64,000 nt of DNA from Tubiluchus corallicola. Its lineage: Eukaryota; Animalia; Priapulida. Under the pieces are notes generated by a model. That model ran no database searches. It was not told the origin of the DNA and saw nothing but the letters and a program-made list of their open reading frames with translations. This document shows, in pieces, positions 60,101 through 64,000 of this stretch. Location of the stretch: positions 684,282 to 748,281 of the forward strand of contig JAQGDQ010000016.1 in the NCBI GenBank assembly GCA_030141605.1. The letters are read 5' to 3'. Within the stretch, counting starts at the first letter, position 1. Every line of letters starts with the position of its first letter. A program made the position numbers and the translations under genes.

Positions 60101-63100
60101 TCTAGTCAAAAATTCTTATTAAAATTACTTACCAGCGATTACTACGGTGTACGTGTACTATTAGACTCCTGCTGTGAAAAAAACATTTTGAACGGGAAAT
60201 GTAACAAAATCCCTCCAGCACATGTTGTCACTTTAATACATTAATTACTTGACAAACTTATTACCAGTTATTTTTGTCCTTGAGTACTTCGAAAAGCAAT
60301 TATTAAAGAAGCACACGCATCTGTAACACTTTCTTTTTCTAACCACATATTTTTGCACACAAGAGCCTACAACGTTAATATCTACAAAATTACTTTTATT
60401 ACAGGACAAATAGTGTGTTATATTTCAAGGTGAAAACCAAAATAAGTTTAACCACCAAAATTTAATTGCTTGAACTGTACTATGTCAGGAAATGTTTTCG
60501 AATATTCTGAGACCTTATACCTTTCGGATTCGTCATTGAGTTGCTTTTCACAACAAAAACATACATATTGATATGTATAAAGTGTTGCGCAATATTCTGG
60601 GGGTAACAATCTGTGCTAGAAAGATGAATATATATTGCTTTTATCAACAAGGTATTGCTTTTAAAACACACTATGTTGTGTATCTATGTAATAGTAAAAG
60701 CTATATATTATAGCTGCACTGAATGAAATACACGTTAGGGCATGAAGCCCGTCGATCGGTTTTTATTTATTTGTTTTTATTCGTTTTCCTTTTGTCTTCC
60801 AATTTTCTTTAGTAAGTAATAATATTTTTTCAGGTTAGTAATCAGTTTATTTGACCATTTTCGGGCCGTTCTTTCTATGCAGAGCAAAAACAGACAGTGT
60901 TTTTATAGTCCCTATAATGCAATCACCTTTCCATTATCTGTTTTCTATAGTTTTTCTAATGTTTTTATTTTGCCCTCGTGCAAGCCGCATGGCACTCAAA
61001 TTTGCTAGGCACTTATCGTTCTCGCGCTGATTCCACATTTACATTCTTGGGCACACAGCCGGCATTTAAAAGCATAGGCAGTCTGTGAATACGAGGATGT
61101 ATGCACATGCACCCAAAGCATATGAATAACGAACTTCCATTAGAAGATATCATATGAAAGATTTGTGTCTTTGATAAGAACAAAGCATTTTGTCACTAAT
61201 GCGTCCTTTGATTTGGATTCGTGGTAATGATACATGTTTTAGGCGAAGAAAATTGTATTAATACAGCAATAGATTTGTCTTTGAGCAATTTTAACATCAG
61301 GGCATTTTAAATAGAACTTCTACATGATTGTACTATGTTGCTCAGAAAATCGAAATAAAATAAAAAAAATCTTTTAGTACATCTTCATTGTCTGACGAAA
61401 TGTGAAAGTTATAAAGCATCAACTGTAGTTACTAGAAGCCAGAATTTATCTCAAGAACATACCCCAGAAGTCAGTACATTCCAGAGCTGGACACGAGTGC
61501 AATCCACGCGTGCTTACTGCGCATTTTCATGATGTTTGAATCATGGTTTCTCGCTGAAACAACAAGATGCAAATGACATAGTCCTTACTGGTGTTTGTCT
61601 AAGCGCTATAAGTGTCGTGGCTGGTCCAAATGCCAAATGAGTTTTGGTTGTTTTCCATCAAAGGACGGGACTGGACAACCATTCAGAGTTTATATTCAAT
61701 TCTTGATATAGTTTTGTATAGAAACTCTTATATAATTATGAGACACGTCAAGGTGTCCGAACCACCAGCAACGGGAGTAATTTTTTATCTAAAAATGTCT
61801 CCACTATAACCTTCAAAATGACCGTTTACTTCGGGTCAATATCAGTCTGACTGCCCCATAATTCAGCTTGCTTTAGTTTCGGAGTAGAAATGATATATTT
61901 TCTATTAAGACAAAATGAACTTTGTTCTAATAGATTTTTTCTTTAATAATTCACCAGTAAATCACGCCAACTAATAGCTAATGTTATAACTTTGTTTTTT
62001 AGTCACACGATTATGTAAAAAAATAGTTTCACATCCTATAAAGGCGTAGATTAAAAATCACAGTAGTCAGCGGTCATCATTGCAAAATCATTGTTTTTAT
62101 TTCAAGTATGCTGACAGGTTTCTAAAATAATAGGCTAAAAGGCACTAAAATAAGCAACTAAAGTAAAATAATGCAACCGGTTTCTAAAACTATTTTCTTG
62201 CAAAAAATCAAAAAGACGAGTAAGGCAGTAAATGAATAAATGCATTAGCCGCAAACTGCCGAACGAAATGATGCACTCAAGCTAAAACGTTTCTCAAGTG
62301 TTTGCTTGGCCTGGGCAAGGTTAACTTGTCACGCATTAAAATCACGGACGCTAACAGTTGATCAAAGTCGAATAGTCACATGTTAATTACAAATACACTC
62401 AAATGAATGCAAAGTAGCTACAAAAACCTAGTATCGTTCTCTTTTTAGGATATTATTAAGCAGACAAGTTTATTATTCACTTGAGAAAATTGGCATATTC
62501 ATAATCATCAGCTTTCCCATGCTAACTAAACTCACCTTGAACCTTTTTCGGACCAAGATCAGAACAAACATCGTTACCTTCGCAAGAAGTTTTTACATGT
62601 CGCGTCTATCCATGCCAATTGCAAAACGGTGAATGAATTTTATTCATCTGCTGAATTAGATAAAGAAGCGCGATAGGGAAAACACAGCCAGGTACAAAGT
62701 GATTAATAATTGTAGTCACACCGCGAACAAGCAGTAAATTTCGATAGAAACTGGAACATTGCTAACAACTTAAATAATCTGCCGCTAAGAAGTTTAGCTA
62801 TTCATTTTCCCTATATATTTCATCCGTTTCACTTTATTCCCCCTATCATAAAGATTTTCATATGCCGCGCTTCCCATTTTACACTAGAAGCGTTAAGTTG
62901 AGCCCGGTTTAATAAAACTACACGAAGGCATTCATTACTGCTAAAATTAATGCCTAATTTATTCAAATGTGCGGATGCATACATATTTAATGCGCTATAA
63001 TAACCGTGCTGATGAAGCTATTATCGTAGATTTCTAGTGATGTGTGAAACAATAAGGTCTACGTGGGATTTAGATTGCTGCGTTTATGGGCTCGTCAGTG

Positions 63101-63324
63101 CTCTACTGTAACAAATTACTACAAGCTAAATGCCAGCGATAAACACAAAGCTTTAGCTTCGGCTCTGTATTCACTGAACCCAATGGTGGTCACTCGAGCG
63201 ACTTAGTATCTCCATAGGCACTTCGCCCAATTTCAAACTGGGCTGCCCGTTGCCCATTTAGGTAAGTGAAATGAGGGTCCAAGGCTCGGGTTTCGGTAAG
63301 AGTTAGTGATAGGGTGGAGTTTAT

Positions 63325-63942
63325 AGGAAGACAGGATGATTTTTCATATACTACTCCATTTTCAAGTCGATAAAAAGTATACATTTTAACACAATTGATA
63401 CTGCAAAAGCGTTTCTGATAATTAAATAATAGATTAAAAACTTAATTAACGGTGGGCGAGCCCAACTATTGATGACATCACAAACCAATATAATTTTTAA
63501 CAACCAAAATATTCAACGAGCGTGTTGCACAGGTTTGCGAAAGCGGAAATTGAAGTGCAGTGCTACTGTAAGATATTCAGTGTGTTGTACTAAAATTAGG
63601 CAAGTTTTAAGTTAAAAATTCAAATTTCAAATTTACCGCTGTGCTCATGCTTGAGCTATCGAACGTGTGCAGTTGGTGACAAACGAACGAGCACGTCGGA
63701 ACTGAGAGGTATAGCACATCTTTTTGTGTAAAGCGTTTTCGAAATGCAGGCGCTAGTGCCTATCTAACTAGCGAATGGCTAAATGCATGTAACAGCGAAA
63801 AACTGTGCGTTTGGTGGTAATAATTCTGTCACGTAAGTCATTTAACAAATTTAGCAATTTTACAAAAATTGTATGTTTCCATTTAATGTTTTAAGGAGTA
63901 GATTGTTTTGACTTGCAGTTTAAGATTGGGTCCGGTTTTGCT
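63325..63942 (-). mobile_element. TTAA-flanked Kolobok-like MITE, copy 2 (longer)
   Basis: Reverse complement of 45008-45488 with extra internal sequence; flanks TTAT/TTAA; homology stops at the same ends. Confidence 0.85.
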
Positions 63943-64000
63943 TTAAGGTTCAGAATGAAAAAGTAATTACATAGAGCTATGTTCCAGTCAACGGTTATAT

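Overview
AT-rich genomic DNA from an invertebrate animal. It has spliceosomal GT-AG introns and TTAGGG-type repeats, so a non-arthropod is likely (inference). Two intact multi-exon genes are arranged head-to-head. XPA is on the minus strand: 6 coding exons, 9881-15987, 268 aa. A G9a/GLP-type H3K9 methyltransferase (EHMT1/2 orthologue) is on the plus strand: 22 coding exons, 21655-46595, 1487 aa. Both were assembled by hand with consistent intron phases. The rest is intronic or intergenic DNA containing a decayed hAT transposase, two LINE RT remnants, a three-copy tRNA-related repeat, several MITE/foldback elements (one hAT MITE with a perfect 8-bp TSD, TTAA-flanked Kolobok-like elements) and long microsatellites. 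No gene could be supported in 1-9.8 kb or 47-64 kb. I cannot show a new biological system. The best leads are: (i) the EHMT N-terminus, which combines tandem phospho-SIM-like repeats, an ARKS histone mimic and a PP1-type KKVRF motif; (ii) a perfect 44-bp hairpin just upstream of the first SET-domain exon; (iii) an overlapping uORF at the EHMT start; (iv) the divergent XPA/EHMT pairing; (v) a small inverted-repeat element carrying telomeric repeats.
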